Of a stretch of 64,000 nt of DNA, positions 52,444-62,516 are shown in pieces; positions within the stretch are counted from its first letter, which is position 1, and the number at the start of each line of letters is the position of its first letter. The position numbers were made by a program, and so were the translations under genes. The notes beneath the pieces were generated by a model. It was not told where the DNA came from. It searched no databases and worked only from the letters and a program-made list of their open reading frames with translations. Source of the DNA: an uncultured Candidatus Saccharibacteria bacterium (GTDB taxonomy: Bacteria; Patescibacteriota; Saccharimonadia; Saccharimonadales; EFPC-124); assembly GCA_964586395.1 (NCBI GenBank), contig CAZPGP010000001.1:1865-65864 (forward strand), read 5' to 3'.

Positions 52444-52556
52444 AGGCTTTTTTTACTCCTCCGAAAATCATTAATTTTTTACCCACGCACGCCAATGTAG
52501 CAAAGACGTATTTTTGACACAAGCGAGATATTTATATTGACCCTAGTCGATGATTT

Positions 52557-53000
52557 TTAGTGTTTTTTGAACCACACTCGCCTAGCAGATTTCAGTTCTA
52601 GCGCAAGCGAAATTGCCCCTATGGCAAGCAGGATGTACGCAAGAACAGCCAAGCCTTTCGCAAGGTCAGCAGAGGCGGCTAATTGCGCGCCAACCATGAA
52701 CAAAAGGGCCATCAATGCGAGTGCAAAAGTACCGCTACTAGACCACTTCATAATGATCGCGGCAAGCCCGTAGACCACCAAAATGACTATTCCGTAAAGC
52801 CCAATCAAAGCCAACCCAAACAACACCGGACTCGCCAGGACGCTAACTATCAGCACCCACGGGACCACGCGGCGCTTCTTCACATTCGGGAGCTTAGTAA
52901 ACCGCGCGCCGGTGCCTTCAGCCACGGGCGTCGCCGACCGCGAACTCGCGGCGGGAGGTGTTTTTGAGGCCGGTGGTCGGAATGAATCGATACTCTTCAT
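52557..53000 (-). CDS. Hypothetical membrane protein (three or four TM segments)
   Basis: Hydrophobic profile only. Confidence 0.4.
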   Translation of the reverse strand: MKSIDSFRPPASKTPPAASSRSATPVAEGTGARFTKLPNVKKRRVVPWVLIVSVLASPVLFGLALIGLYGIVILVVYGLAAIIMKWSSSGTFALALMALLFMVGAQLAASADLAKGLAVLAYILLAIGAISLALELKSARRVWFKKH

Positions 53001-53014
53001 GTTCTCCTATCCTA

Positions 53015-54661
53015 TCATCTTGCAAGCTTGTACAGCCTGAGATTGGGGCCGTCGTACAGGACCGTAACGCCCGGCTCGCGGTCGATGTACTCGTATTCTG
53101 CCCAGTCGAGGTCCTTATTCAGGACGATATAGCCAATATCCAAGTCCCGAAGTCGCTTGGTCACTGATTGGCCGCCCAGACCGGCGGGCAGAACTCCCTC
53201 CTGCACAGTCTCACGAGTCCTGTCGCGCGTCTGCGGCCGCACGCCGGGCAGTTCTGGGTCATCGCTCGTCACAACCGCGCGGTCGTAAAATGTGTGAGCT
53301 GGACTGGCGATAATGCGTCCGTCCGTAAAACCGTAGCTCATGTAAAGATGCCACGGCAGAATCAACGTTTTGGCGTCATCAGATTGCTGATTCAGAATTT
53401 GGTTAGTCCGGTACCAGTCCAGCGGATAATTTGTCGGCCTCAGCTGACCAGCCGCGCCCCACAGCATTACTGGTGTGTAGGCGAGGACTAAGCCGCCGAG
53501 CACAACCGTTGCAACAAACCGTGCTCGCACCTTGGCAAGGAGCCAGGTCGTCGCCCAAGCCAACAGATACGCGGCCACCAATGCCCAGACTGCGGCAAAC
53601 TTCTGCGGCTCACGGTAACCAGCCATGAACGGCAGAATCCGGCCCAACTCACCCGCCAGTCCAACGGCCAAAAGTATCGACAGCAGACCGGCCAGCAAAA
53701 CCCAGGCTGCAACTTCGCGCTGTCGTCGCCATGCTCGAACAGCGCCAAAAATCATCAACGCCAACAAAACAAAGTACACAAATCCCCACGCCCCATGCGA
53801 TTCCAGCGGCACCATATATAGGCCTCGCGTCTCCTGCCAAAAGCCCAGCAAACCCAGGACCGATCCGACCTGGCTCGTACCAACCGCATCAACAGTCGCA
53901 AAAGCCTGGCTACCAGAGGCCGAGAATGTCGCAAGCGACGACGCAATCCTCCCCTGTCCCAACAACGTTGGCACCAGCCAATACAGGCTTGCGACCACGA
54001 AGAGACCGACCGTAATACCCATATACTTCAAAAGTAGCTGAAGCTGCTTCCAGTTCCCCGCCCTTGATGCGAGCGCCACGAGCATCAACAGCGCTGCATA
54101 GCCAACCGAGTGTATTGAGACGATACTCATCGCTATCAGCCAGAGTCCAAGCTGAAGCGCCGCACGTCCGCTCGGAGCCAGAACCAACGCTAGCAAACTC
54201 CGCGCGAACCACGGCAACAGCGCATAACCGAGCCACACGCCCCACTGTCCCGCCATGAGGCGATCGTAGACGAAAGGGTTGACCATATAGAATGTCGAGG
54301 CCACATATGTCGCCCATTGCCAATGCCGTGCCTCGACGGGCTTCAACGACGCCAACAGCCGATGCATACCGATGCCGCTCAGAAGCAGACAGGCGAACAA
54401 CATCAGCTTCTGCACCATGTCGGCCGGCAACACAATATCAAGCACATGCAGCAGGGCGTAGAGCGGCCAGGTGTTATCGACGTGATCTGGCAGTCGCAAG
54501 ATCGGCGTAAAAACCATGTCCATACTCAGCACATAACCCGGCGCCAGCAACGGCCCTATGACCAGCAACGCGAGGCCGAGATACGGAGCGTACGGCAGGA
54601 ATCGACGCAATAGCTGCATGTTATTTCTTCCTGCGGCGCACAAGCGGGTGCTGGTAGACAC
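53015..54661 (-). CDS. Polytopic integral membrane protein, GT-C-like glycosyltransferase candidate
   Basis: About 12 TM segments with a large C-terminal extracytoplasmic domain; adjacent to and co-oriented with the GT-C/CBM gene. Confidence 0.45.
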   Translation of the reverse strand: MSTSTRLCAAGRNNMQLLRRFLPYAPYLGLALLVIGPLLAPGYVLSMDMVFTPILRLPDHVDNTWPLYALLHVLDIVLPADMVQKLMLFACLLLSGIGMHRLLASLKPVEARHWQWATYVASTFYMVNPFVYDRLMAGQWGVWLGYALLPWFARSLLALVLAPSGRAALQLGLWLIAMSIVSIHSVGYAALLMLVALASRAGNWKQLQLLLKYMGITVGLFVVASLYWLVPTLLGQGRIASSLATFSASGSQAFATVDAVGTSQVGSVLGLLGFWQETRGLYMVPLESHGAWGFVYFVLLALMIFGAVRAWRRQREVAAWVLLAGLLSILLAVGLAGELGRILPFMAGYREPQKFAAVWALVAAYLLAWATTWLLAKVRARFVATVVLGGLVLAYTPVMLWGAAGQLRPTNYPLDWYRTNQILNQQSDDAKTLILPWHLYMSYGFTDGRIIASPAHTFYDRAVVTSDDPELPGVRPQTRDRTRETVQEGVLPAGLGGQSVTKRLRDLDIGYIVLNKDLDWAEYEYIDREPGVTVLYDGPNLRLYKLAR

Positions 54662-57600
54662 CCTCTGACTCGACCTGTTGGCGAGCCTTTCGATGCGTCA
54701 ACGCGATATAGCCGCCAGCCACCACGAGTGTTCCGATAGACAGGATTCGATTCACTTCAAACCATCGCTGAGGCACGAACTCGGCCAGAAGCTCTATATC
54801 GTAACTGCCGTCGGGATTCTTGTGACAGCCAGTCGGGCTATTCGCACATATCGCGGCCGGATCGATCAGCCAGCCGTTGGCATAGCCGCTCGCCATAAAA
54901 TGCTCGCCCACTGGTTGAACCTTTGCCCCAGGCTGCCAACTCTGCGCTGCACCGTCACGGAGCTCCAATCGCCAGGACGGATGATATGACTCACTGAGCA
55001 GTAACGTGAAGTGGCCAGTCGCGCCCCGAACCGTTACCGTGCGATGCGTTTCGCCGTCGTTGGTAAACTCGATCTTCTGCGGCAAGGCTTGCGCAGCCTT
55101 TGGCTCGCCAACCACATAGAATTGCTGGTTGATCGGTGGAATAGCGACGAGCTTAACGTTATCAAAACGCACCTTGTTGTTAGTGGTTCCGTTGCTTTCG
55201 TAGGCGTGCAGGAAGAGCTTCATGCTGGTCGACGACGGCGATGTAATCTTGGTTGTGTAGATGTGCCAACCATTTTTTTGTGGCGTGAAACGATCCTGCG
55301 AACCAGCTTCGACACCATCAAACTCACCGTAGTAACCGATCTGACCTTCCCCATCTGCTTGGTAATCGAACGACAACAAATACTCCGTTCCCGGTTCGAT
55401 ATTCACGTTGGTGTACGTGCAGGCGGTGTGATGTGCGGCCTCCAACTCCAGCGATTGATTGCCGTCAGACTTTGCGTTCGTCGTTGTGCGCATATCGATC
55501 TTAGGCGATTTATCGTAGTTGTTGCAGTCAAAGACTTTCTTACGCCACGGACCATCCTCGAACGAACCGTTGTTAACGACGTTTTTGAAATCGTACGTCT
55601 TGTCGACGTAATGGAACGTGTTTTTGCCGCCGCTCAAGTCGTACGTTTTGTACGCCGTGTTGGAGATCTGAATCGGAAAGTCACCTACCTTGGAAAGCTC
55701 CACCATGCTGACGTTGTCGTAGCGATTGATAGTCGGCTGATCCTCGTTGCTCCCCTGCGCGTGCACAAAGAGTTGCCCGCTCGACACGTCCTGTGGCGTG
55801 ATGATTGGGTACGAGGCGGTATGCCATTTGTCGTCAGAAATGGTCTGGAAACGCTTCAGCGCGTTCTCGTCGGAATTGTTGAACCGCAGATAGAAACTCG
55901 CCGTTTCGGCATTTGGACTCTGGTAATCGTAGTTCAGCAAGTACAGCGAGTTACCTTTCATCTGGAAACCAGTGGACGTGCAAGCGTCGTGATGTTTAGC
56001 ACTTAATTCGAGTGACTTCTTGCCTGCGCTGGCGGTATCGGTGCTTTGCTTCATGCTGATCTCGGGCTTGTCGTCAAAGTTATTGCAGTCGCCCACGTTC
56101 TGACTCCACAGGCCGGGTTCGAACGATGGATTCGTCACGAGATTGCCCGATACGTCCGCGAACAACTCCAACGCATTATTACTGCCAAGTCGTCCAACGA
56201 CCTCTCCGCCATCGCGCTTCAGCGGCTTGAGCGTTGTGCCAAGACCGACGTAGTATTGCTTGCCGGGTGGCATCTTTATCTGGGAAATCACCATTGGTTC
56301 AGCCGTCAGCCCGTCCGACACGAGCTGTCCGTTGGCGTAGAATTTGCCAGGATTGGCCGCAAAGAATGTAACGACGCCGTCAACCGCCTGGTAAGCGATG
56401 GTGCTTGGAACGCTCGTGGCGTAGAGCTTGGCGGGCTTAGCTGGATCGATGTCGATGGTTTCGGTCAGCGACTTGCCAGCATTGTCGATGAGCCCTGGGC
56501 TAGCGTTGGCCAGCAGCGGTTTCAGCGAGCCGGCATTCTCGGGCACGCGTGAAATTGTCTTATCTATGTAGTCATAGGTCTGATCGGGGAATGCCAGTGT
56601 CATGAACGTCCGCGCTAATTCGCCATCGTCCTTAGAGTCGACGGCATAGAGCTTGTCGACGGCCGTGATGCGCGGCGTCGGGTTGGTTACTTCCAATATG
56701 TGATCGCTCACCCGCTTTAATTTGTCTGGATTCGCGGCCAACAGCTGGTCGAAAAAGTCAGGATTGTTCTTGATCCATCCGATGTTGCCGTCGTAGGTAC
56801 TCGGAGGAACGTAGCGGTCATAGAAAGATTCGTAAATATCACTGAAGTCGTAAATATAGCGAACATTATACGGCTTCAGCACGTCGATATTGCGCGTCGA
56901 TAACAGCTGATACTGCATGGACAGTTTGAAGTCCTGCGGCTTTACAGAGTTCTTTATAAACTCGTTGAGGCTATAGGTCGAAAAGCCATCGTGACCACTG
57001 TTGCGCATCGGCAGGTTGGATTGAAACGCACGCGGAAAGTCCTTAAACGAATATTGACCAAAGAATGGATAGGCCAAGATGCGCCCGTTTGGCTCGGGGT
57101 GCTTCTGGTCGAATTCCTTGAACTCGTTGAACTTGCCGCGAGCTGACGCAAAGTCGATCGACTGGGCATTAGTCTGGAAGCGCAGAAAGCTTAAACCTAC
57201 CACAATTACCAGCCAGACCACGATTGCGCCCTTCATAAATCCGCGCGGCATCAATCGGCCCAACAAGACCAACAGCACTAATACGATCACCGGCGCAAAG
57301 TGCCCAACTTCGCGGAACATCGGATACAGCGTCGTCAACGGACCGAGATTGAGCAGCTGGAACAAGCCAGTCGCCAGGAATAGCATTACCAGCATAAATG
57401 TCAGCAACCACACATCCTCCATCTGCTTGCCCTTATGCCGCAGCAACGCCACAACCATCAGCACAAAGAGTAGACCGTACAGCAACAGCTCGTATACGCC
57501 GTAGAATTTATTGATCAACGTCGCCTTGGAAAACGAGAAGTTAAAGCTATTCAGGTACTCACTATTACTCGCTGCGCGGAAGGTACCCTTAGTCGCCTCG

Positions 57601-58340
57601 CCACTAATACTCGCGATATCGGCCCCGCCAAACGCAAAGTTACTCAACCATACCGCATTAATCAGTAACGGCGGCAAAAGCAGTGGTGCCAGAAACTTCC
57701 AGCGCCACATATCCGGCCGAAACACGAAGTACAAAACAATTAGCCCGGCGGCAATTGCCAAGAACTGAATCTGCGCGCCTATCAGCGCCCACAGCAGCCC
57801 AACTACAACCGCGCTGCGAATGTTCGGCCGGAACCGGTGCAGCAGGAACCATACCATATATATAAGAATCACGTACGAAATCATGTAGTCGATGTGCCCA
57901 GCGGTGAACTTGTAGAACATCGTCGGATTCACAAACGCCGCAAGCCCCAGCAAGAATGCAATCCACGGCTTGCAGTGATTGCGCGCAATCAGATACACGC
58001 CAAAACCACCCGCCGTGAACAGCGAGATCAACAATCCATACAGCAACCACTCTGGCTGCAACCAACTGAACAATGAGATAACCCACCGCACAAAATAGTC
58101 CGACGAATACCCCAGCGGACTGCCCTGCGCCAGCGGCGTCCATGACTCAGACGCGCGGCCAAAGAAATTCCCAACCTGCTCGGCGTAGTACGGAAAACTC
58201 CAGTCCCAGTACTGACCGACGCCACGCGCAGCCTGGCTCAGTAGTACCGCAAAAAACACCGTGTACAGCAACACAACCAGCCGATTACCGCGCGGCAAGA
58301 ACCGTTTGAATGTTTCCAGTTTACTCATATTGCGCTGCAA
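54621..58340 (-). CDS. Large (1,239 aa) GT-C-type membrane glycosyltransferase fused to two CBM-like (galactose-binding-like) modules and a C-terminal TM anchor (AftD-like architecture)
   Basis: An N-terminal roughly 430-aa polytopic domain. The segment NLVTNPSFEPGLW...C...LEL....HH.ACT is repeated twice (aa about 745-900 and 925-1060). C-terminal TM segment ILSIGTLVVAGGYIAL. Confidence 0.55.
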   Translation of the reverse strand: MQRNMSKLETFKRFLPRGNRLVVLLYTVFFAVLLSQAARGVGQYWDWSFPYYAEQVGNFFGRASESWTPLAQGSPLGYSSDYFVRWVISLFSWLQPEWLLYGLLISLFTAGGFGVYLIARNHCKPWIAFLLGLAAFVNPTMFYKFTAGHIDYMISYVILIYMVWFLLHRFRPNIRSAVVVGLLWALIGAQIQFLAIAAGLIVLYFVFRPDMWRWKFLAPLLLPPLLINAVWLSNFAFGGADIASISGEATKGTFRAASNSEYLNSFNFSFSKATLINKFYGVYELLLYGLLFVLMVVALLRHKGKQMEDVWLLTFMLVMLFLATGLFQLLNLGPLTTLYPMFREVGHFAPVIVLVLLVLLGRLMPRGFMKGAIVVWLVIVVGLSFLRFQTNAQSIDFASARGKFNEFKEFDQKHPEPNGRILAYPFFGQYSFKDFPRAFQSNLPMRNSGHDGFSTYSLNEFIKNSVKPQDFKLSMQYQLLSTRNIDVLKPYNVRYIYDFSDIYESFYDRYVPPSTYDGNIGWIKNNPDFFDQLLAANPDKLKRVSDHILEVTNPTPRITAVDKLYAVDSKDDGELARTFMTLAFPDQTYDYIDKTISRVPENAGSLKPLLANASPGLIDNAGKSLTETIDIDPAKPAKLYATSVPSTIAYQAVDGVVTFFAANPGKFYANGQLVSDGLTAEPMVISQIKMPPGKQYYVGLGTTLKPLKRDGGEVVGRLGSNNALELFADVSGNLVTNPSFEPGLWSQNVGDCNNFDDKPEISMKQSTDTASAGKKSLELSAKHHDACTSTGFQMKGNSLYLLNYDYQSPNAETASFYLRFNNSDENALKRFQTISDDKWHTASYPIITPQDVSSGQLFVHAQGSNEDQPTINRYDNVSMVELSKVGDFPIQISNTAYKTYDLSGGKNTFHYVDKTYDFKNVVNNGSFEDGPWRKKVFDCNNYDKSPKIDMRTTTNAKSDGNQSLELEAAHHTACTYTNVNIEPGTEYLLSFDYQADGEGQIGYYGEFDGVEAGSQDRFTPQKNGWHIYTTKITSPSSTSMKLFLHAYESNGTTNNKVRFDNVKLVAIPPINQQFYVVGEPKAAQALPQKIEFTNDGETHRTVTVRGATGHFTLLLSESYHPSWRLELRDGAAQSWQPGAKVQPVGEHFMASGYANGWLIDPAAICANSPTGCHKNPDGSYDIELLAEFVPQRWFEVNRILSIGTLVVAGGYIALTHRKARQQVESEGVYQHPLVRRRKK

Positions 58341-59433
58341 ATGCTTGGTAAGCTTCCTTCTGAGCTAAGTTGCGCTGGCTGGCGTCGTAGAATTTTTGGG
58401 CAACGCGATCATAATTGTCATACATATACTGGAATGCGACCTTTAGCTCGTCCAGTTCATCTAGCTCGATGTAATAGTCGCCAATCTCGTTATCGCGGAA
58501 GAACGAGCTAACTTTAGCGCGGTACGCAATGCCCAAACACGGCGCGGCATTGAACGTCGCCAGAATGTTGGCATGCAGACGAGTGCCAATGACGAGGTCG
58601 AAACTGCCGAGCGTGTTGACCATGTCTTCCAGGCTTTTAGCCTTGTAGATTTCAACCGGGACCTTACCCTTCAACTGTTCCTGTACGCGCTCCGACGCCC
58701 ATAAGTCATCATGCGATTCCTGCTCGCTGACGAGCATTGGCAGCAGCACAACACGGAAGCGTTTGGGGTCAAGCGAATCGATGAATCCAGCAACACTTGC
58801 GGCAAGTTTCGGGAAGTTCTCCTCCGGATCCGGAAGGTGATACAGCAGCGAAATGCCAATCGTGAACGGCTCCTCTGGCGGCGGCATTTTGTGCAGGCGA
58901 GGTTTGTAATAGGGGAGATTGATGGCAAGGTCAGGCAGAACTTCCACGCCAGCCAGCCCTAAAACCTCGGCACTGCGACGCTCACGCGCGATTATCGTGT
59001 GACTCATTCCGGCCGATGCACGAGCAAGCTTCAGCGACCAGCCCTTCAACCGACCGATGCCCGTACCAACGTAATGGATCTTCTTGCCAAATAGACGCGC
59101 CAACATGTTCAGCGCGATCATCTTGTACAACGATTGGCGTGGAAACTTATCGCCGTACAGTTCCACCCAGACATCGCCGCCAAAGTAGACGATGTTCTTA
59201 ACTTCCATAAAGACCTTTAGCTTCTTGATTGCGTCGCTGCCGCTCGTCGTGCTAATTGTCTCGACTAGACCTTTAGCGCTTTCCGGCAGGAGCGAATCGT
59301 CAGCCGAGTTGATGTACAACTTGTGATTTGCAAACAGCTCAGATGCAGCCACCAGGAAAACATCGTCGCCCAAATTACCACGGCCATAGCTGCCAAGCAG
59401 GATCGTACTAGGTTTTTTACTCTTCTCTGTCAT
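58321..59433 (-). CDS. Polysaccharide pyruvyl transferase family protein
   Basis: N-terminal ILLGSYGRGNLGDDVFL and an overall CsaB/WcaK-like pattern. Confidence 0.65.
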   Translation of the reverse strand: MTEKSKKPSTILLGSYGRGNLGDDVFLVAASELFANHKLYINSADDSLLPESAKGLVETISTTSGSDAIKKLKVFMEVKNIVYFGGDVWVELYGDKFPRQSLYKMIALNMLARLFGKKIHYVGTGIGRLKGWSLKLARASAGMSHTIIARERRSAEVLGLAGVEVLPDLAINLPYYKPRLHKMPPPEEPFTIGISLLYHLPDPEENFPKLAASVAGFIDSLDPKRFRVVLLPMLVSEQESHDDLWASERVQEQLKGKVPVEIYKAKSLEDMVNTLGSFDLVIGTRLHANILATFNAAPCLGIAYRAKVSSFFRDNEIGDYYIELDELDELKVAFQYMYDNYDRVAQKFYDASQRNLAQKEAYQAFAAQYE

Positions 59434-59435
59434 TA

Positions 59436-60566
59436 CTAACTCCCCATGAATTCGTATTCTTTGGATGCCACATGCTCGACGCGGAACTGGTCGGCGTAAG
59501 CTGCGACTTGTTGCTGTTCGGCCTGATAGTCGGCGGGCGATGCGGCGTACGACTGCAGCAGGTCGTGGACGGTTCGTCGCAGTATGTCTTCGTCCTTCAA
59601 CGGCACGACATGCAGCTGTTCGCCAAACACTCCGGCGTACACCGGCAGGTCATACGCTACGACCGGCGTGCCGACGGCCAGCGCCTCTGCAATTGCTATT
59701 CCCCAACCCTCTTCAACGCTCGGGAACACAAACAGTTTGGCGCGAGACATAAGGTCGAACTTAACCTCGTCGCTCACGTATCCAGCCAACTCGATCGGCA
59801 GTTTTTGTTGTTTAATCAATTGCTCCAGACGCTTTTGCTCCGGACCAACACCGATCATGACCGCCTTAAAGTTCGGGACGCGATCCTTCAGCTCGACGCA
59901 AACTCGCACAAAATCATCCACGCCTTTCTGCGTCACCAGCCGCCCACAAAAAGCGAGTGTAATGTCCTTCCGCGCGTAGGGACGCATGCCGGTCGTCGGA
60001 TGGACAAAGTTACTGGACAGCAGAATCTGCTGCTTACGGAATCCCATTTCGCGCAGACGATCAGCCACCGCTTGGTTAACCACGATCACCTTGCCAAACC
60101 CACGACGAATCATCCAGAAACATAACTTCTCCTGCAGGTTCGCCAGCTTGGTGTTGATATTGTCGGGCCGATCCATATCCTGGATGATGTGGTGAATGTA
60201 CACCGTCTTGCTCTGGCGCGGTGTGTGTGCCACGAACACCGGCAACACGTCTGGAAGGAAGTGCGAACTGGCGACGAGCATGTCGCTCTTGCCCACAAAC
60301 CTATTCACCCGTTGGGCCGCCTGGAACGCACGCGCTGCATACATCAACGCAATCGACTGACGCAGCCGAGTGTCGGGGTGGGTGACGGTACGGATACGCT
60401 TAACCTCCGGATAGACCTTTTCTTGTCCATCACGGCGCGGCAGAACCAACAGCGGGTCAACCTTCACGCGGCTATCAACCAGCCAACCCAACAGACCGCT
60501 CATATGCATGTCACCGCCTGACACATCGCCGGTAAAGCAATTTCGGTATACGACTAATCGGTTCAC
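59436..60566 (-). CDS. Glycosyltransferase family 4 (GT-B)
   Basis: EX7E-type motif: FVFPSVEEGWGIAIAEALAVGTPVVAYD. Confidence 0.75.
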   Translation of the reverse strand: MNRLVVYRNCFTGDVSGGDMHMSGLLGWLVDSRVKVDPLLVLPRRDGQEKVYPEVKRIRTVTHPDTRLRQSIALMYAARAFQAAQRVNRFVGKSDMLVASSHFLPDVLPVFVAHTPRQSKTVYIHHIIQDMDRPDNINTKLANLQEKLCFWMIRRGFGKVIVVNQAVADRLREMGFRKQQILLSSNFVHPTTGMRPYARKDITLAFCGRLVTQKGVDDFVRVCVELKDRVPNFKAVMIGVGPEQKRLEQLIKQQKLPIELAGYVSDEVKFDLMSRAKLFVFPSVEEGWGIAIAEALAVGTPVVAYDLPVYAGVFGEQLHVVPLKDEDILRRTVHDLLQSYAASPADYQAEQQQVAAYADQFRVEHVASKEYEFMGS

Positions 60567-61399
60567 GACTGCCCCTTCATTGCTCGGCTGGCCTTGAGAT
60601 AGCCAAGGCCGCCAACAGCGTACTCAGCTGTTTTCAGCAGCAGCATACCGATGCCAACGTGTGGACGCTGGAGTAGTTTGCCAGGCTTGGAAAAGAACAA
60701 TTTGTAGCGGGCGAGTGGCCCGGACTGATCAGTTAATGCGGACTTGGTGGGGTTCTTGGCGAAATACTCACGGGCGTGTTGGGCGTAATAGTACATCTTG
60801 CCCACGGTTCGGCCGAAGTACAGGCGGCCTTCGTTGTGGCGGATAAACTCCGACGCGCGGGCGATCGGCGCAAGCGCGGCAATTCGGCGCGACAAGTCCC
60901 AATCTTCCCCGCCAGTCATTTCTTCGCTGTAACGGCCAGCCTTTTCGAACGCATCGCGGCGGAAAAACCGCGCAGCTTCAATTGAATCTTGGCCGACGTA
61001 GTACGAACGTTCCAATTGTTTGCACTGCGCCCAAAATCCTTCGCCGAAAGATTCCTCAGGAATGATAACGCCGCCAACCTCAGGCTGACGTCGCACAACG
61101 TTGACACATGAGCTTACAACTTGCTCCCCTAATTCCATGTCAGAATCAATGACCAACAAATAATCTCCATTCGCCCGCTCAGCTGCGTAATTCCGCTGGG
61201 CCGAACGCTCAGGACCTTTGTTGAAAACCAGGTCGGTATAGCGATGCGCAATCTCCTTGGTGTCGTCGCTCGAATTATTATCCACCACGATTAATTCGAT
61301 ACGTTTGTAGTCCTGCCCGGCAATTGAATTCAGGCAGGCGTCGAGCGTGGCATGGTTGTTGCGGGTGGTTACAATAACGGAAACGAGTGGGTCTTTCAT
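60563..61399 (-). CDS. Glycosyltransferase family 2
   Basis: VSVIVTTRNN...LNSIAGQDYKRIELIVVDNNSSD and a DXD (VIDSDM). Confidence 0.8.
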   Translation of the reverse strand: MKDPLVSVIVTTRNNHATLDACLNSIAGQDYKRIELIVVDNNSSDDTKEIAHRYTDLVFNKGPERSAQRNYAAERANGDYLLVIDSDMELGEQVVSSCVNVVRRQPEVGGVIIPEESFGEGFWAQCKQLERSYYVGQDSIEAARFFRRDAFEKAGRYSEEMTGGEDWDLSRRIAALAPIARASEFIRHNEGRLYFGRTVGKMYYYAQHAREYFAKNPTKSALTDQSGPLARYKLFFSKPGKLLQRPHVGIGMLLLKTAEYAVGGLGYLKASRAMKGQS

Positions 61400-62514
61400 A
61401 CTTCTGCTCCTACTGCTTGTTTAAAGTCGGCGTAGCTTTGGTCGAATGTAATGCCTTTGCTCCATTCCCAAGCATTATGGCGAATCTCTTCATATACGCT
61501 TGGATGGCTCAGGAGTTTCACGATGCCATACGCCAACGCGGTCGGGGATTGCTCGGCGACGTAGCCCGTTTGCATATGACGAACGCTATCGCGCAAACCG
61601 TTTACATCGTAGACCACAGCGGGCGTACCTTGACTGGCGGCTTCGGTCACGGTCAAGCCCCAGCCTTCGTGAACGGCGGTTTGTAGTATCAAGTGCGAAC
61701 GGCGCATCAGCTCAGTTTTCTGGTCGATGCTCACCTTGCCCAGATACTCAATGTCTTCGCGGTACGGACTGGTTTCTATCGCGGCCAAGACCTTCTGGCC
61801 GTACTCACCGTCGGATTTGCCAGCGATCTTCAGTTTCAACTCCGGTATGACCGCCTTGGCAATTTCGAACGCTTTGATCTGATCGATCGTACGCTTCATA
61901 GCCCGCATAGCGCCGAGGCAAAGCAGGGTGGGCTGTTCAAACTTCTCAATGCCGTCAATACTCGGGAGCGCTTCAATCTCGATACCTTCGGAAATAATAT
62001 GCGTGCGATCTGGCTGAAAACCGTGTCGCACAAGATCGCTCGCCGTGCTTTCCGATACCGTCACAACCGGCGTCCGCGACTTGGCCAGCAATCGACTCGC
62101 CAGCGGCTCCAGTGCGTAATGGCCGATGTGACTCAGCGGGGCTTTGGTTTCGTAGAACCATACCGGACCTTCCAGCTGGTGATACAGCAGATACTTCTTG
62201 GCTTTTCGTTCAAACAATACGCTGAAATACGGTGCGGCATTCACTTCCTCTATTAGCAGCTGGTACCGGCCTCGCAAATGACGCAGATAGTACGCCAACG
62301 CCTGAAAGGAATGAGTGTAACGGTTGTTGCCAACGCGGATGATCTCTACCCCGTCCAGCACTTCTCGCTTCGGAGCGCCCGGGTAGCCGCACGTCAGCAT
62401 CGTCACCTTATGTCCATCTGCGAGCAACCGAGCCGTCAACTCGCGCGCCACGACCTCAGCCCCGCCAGCCTCGGGGTGCTGGTGATCTTTCCAGGTCAGC
62501 CAAAGGATGTTCAT
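61396..62514 (-). CDS. Glycosyltransferase family 4 (GT-B)
   Basis: LILQTAVHEGWGLTVTEAASQGTPAVVYD. Confidence 0.8.
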   Translation of the reverse strand: MNILWLTWKDHQHPEAGGAEVVARELTARLLADGHKVTMLTCGYPGAPKREVLDGVEIIRVGNNRYTHSFQALAYYLRHLRGRYQLLIEEVNAAPYFSVLFERKAKKYLLYHQLEGPVWFYETKAPLSHIGHYALEPLASRLLAKSRTPVVTVSESTASDLVRHGFQPDRTHIISEGIEIEALPSIDGIEKFEQPTLLCLGAMRAMKRTIDQIKAFEIAKAVIPELKLKIAGKSDGEYGQKVLAAIETSPYREDIEYLGKVSIDQKTELMRRSHLILQTAVHEGWGLTVTEAASQGTPAVVYDVNGLRDSVRHMQTGYVAEQSPTALAYGIVKLLSHPSVYEEIRHNAWEWSKGITFDQSYADFKQAVGAEV

Positions 62515-62516
62515 GG

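Noticed and set aside
55011-56552. Plus-strand ORFs of 331 aa and 168 aa inside the GT-C/CBM gene
   Set aside because: Antisense to the 3.7-kb minus-strand ORF. Arg/Val-rich composition with no signals.
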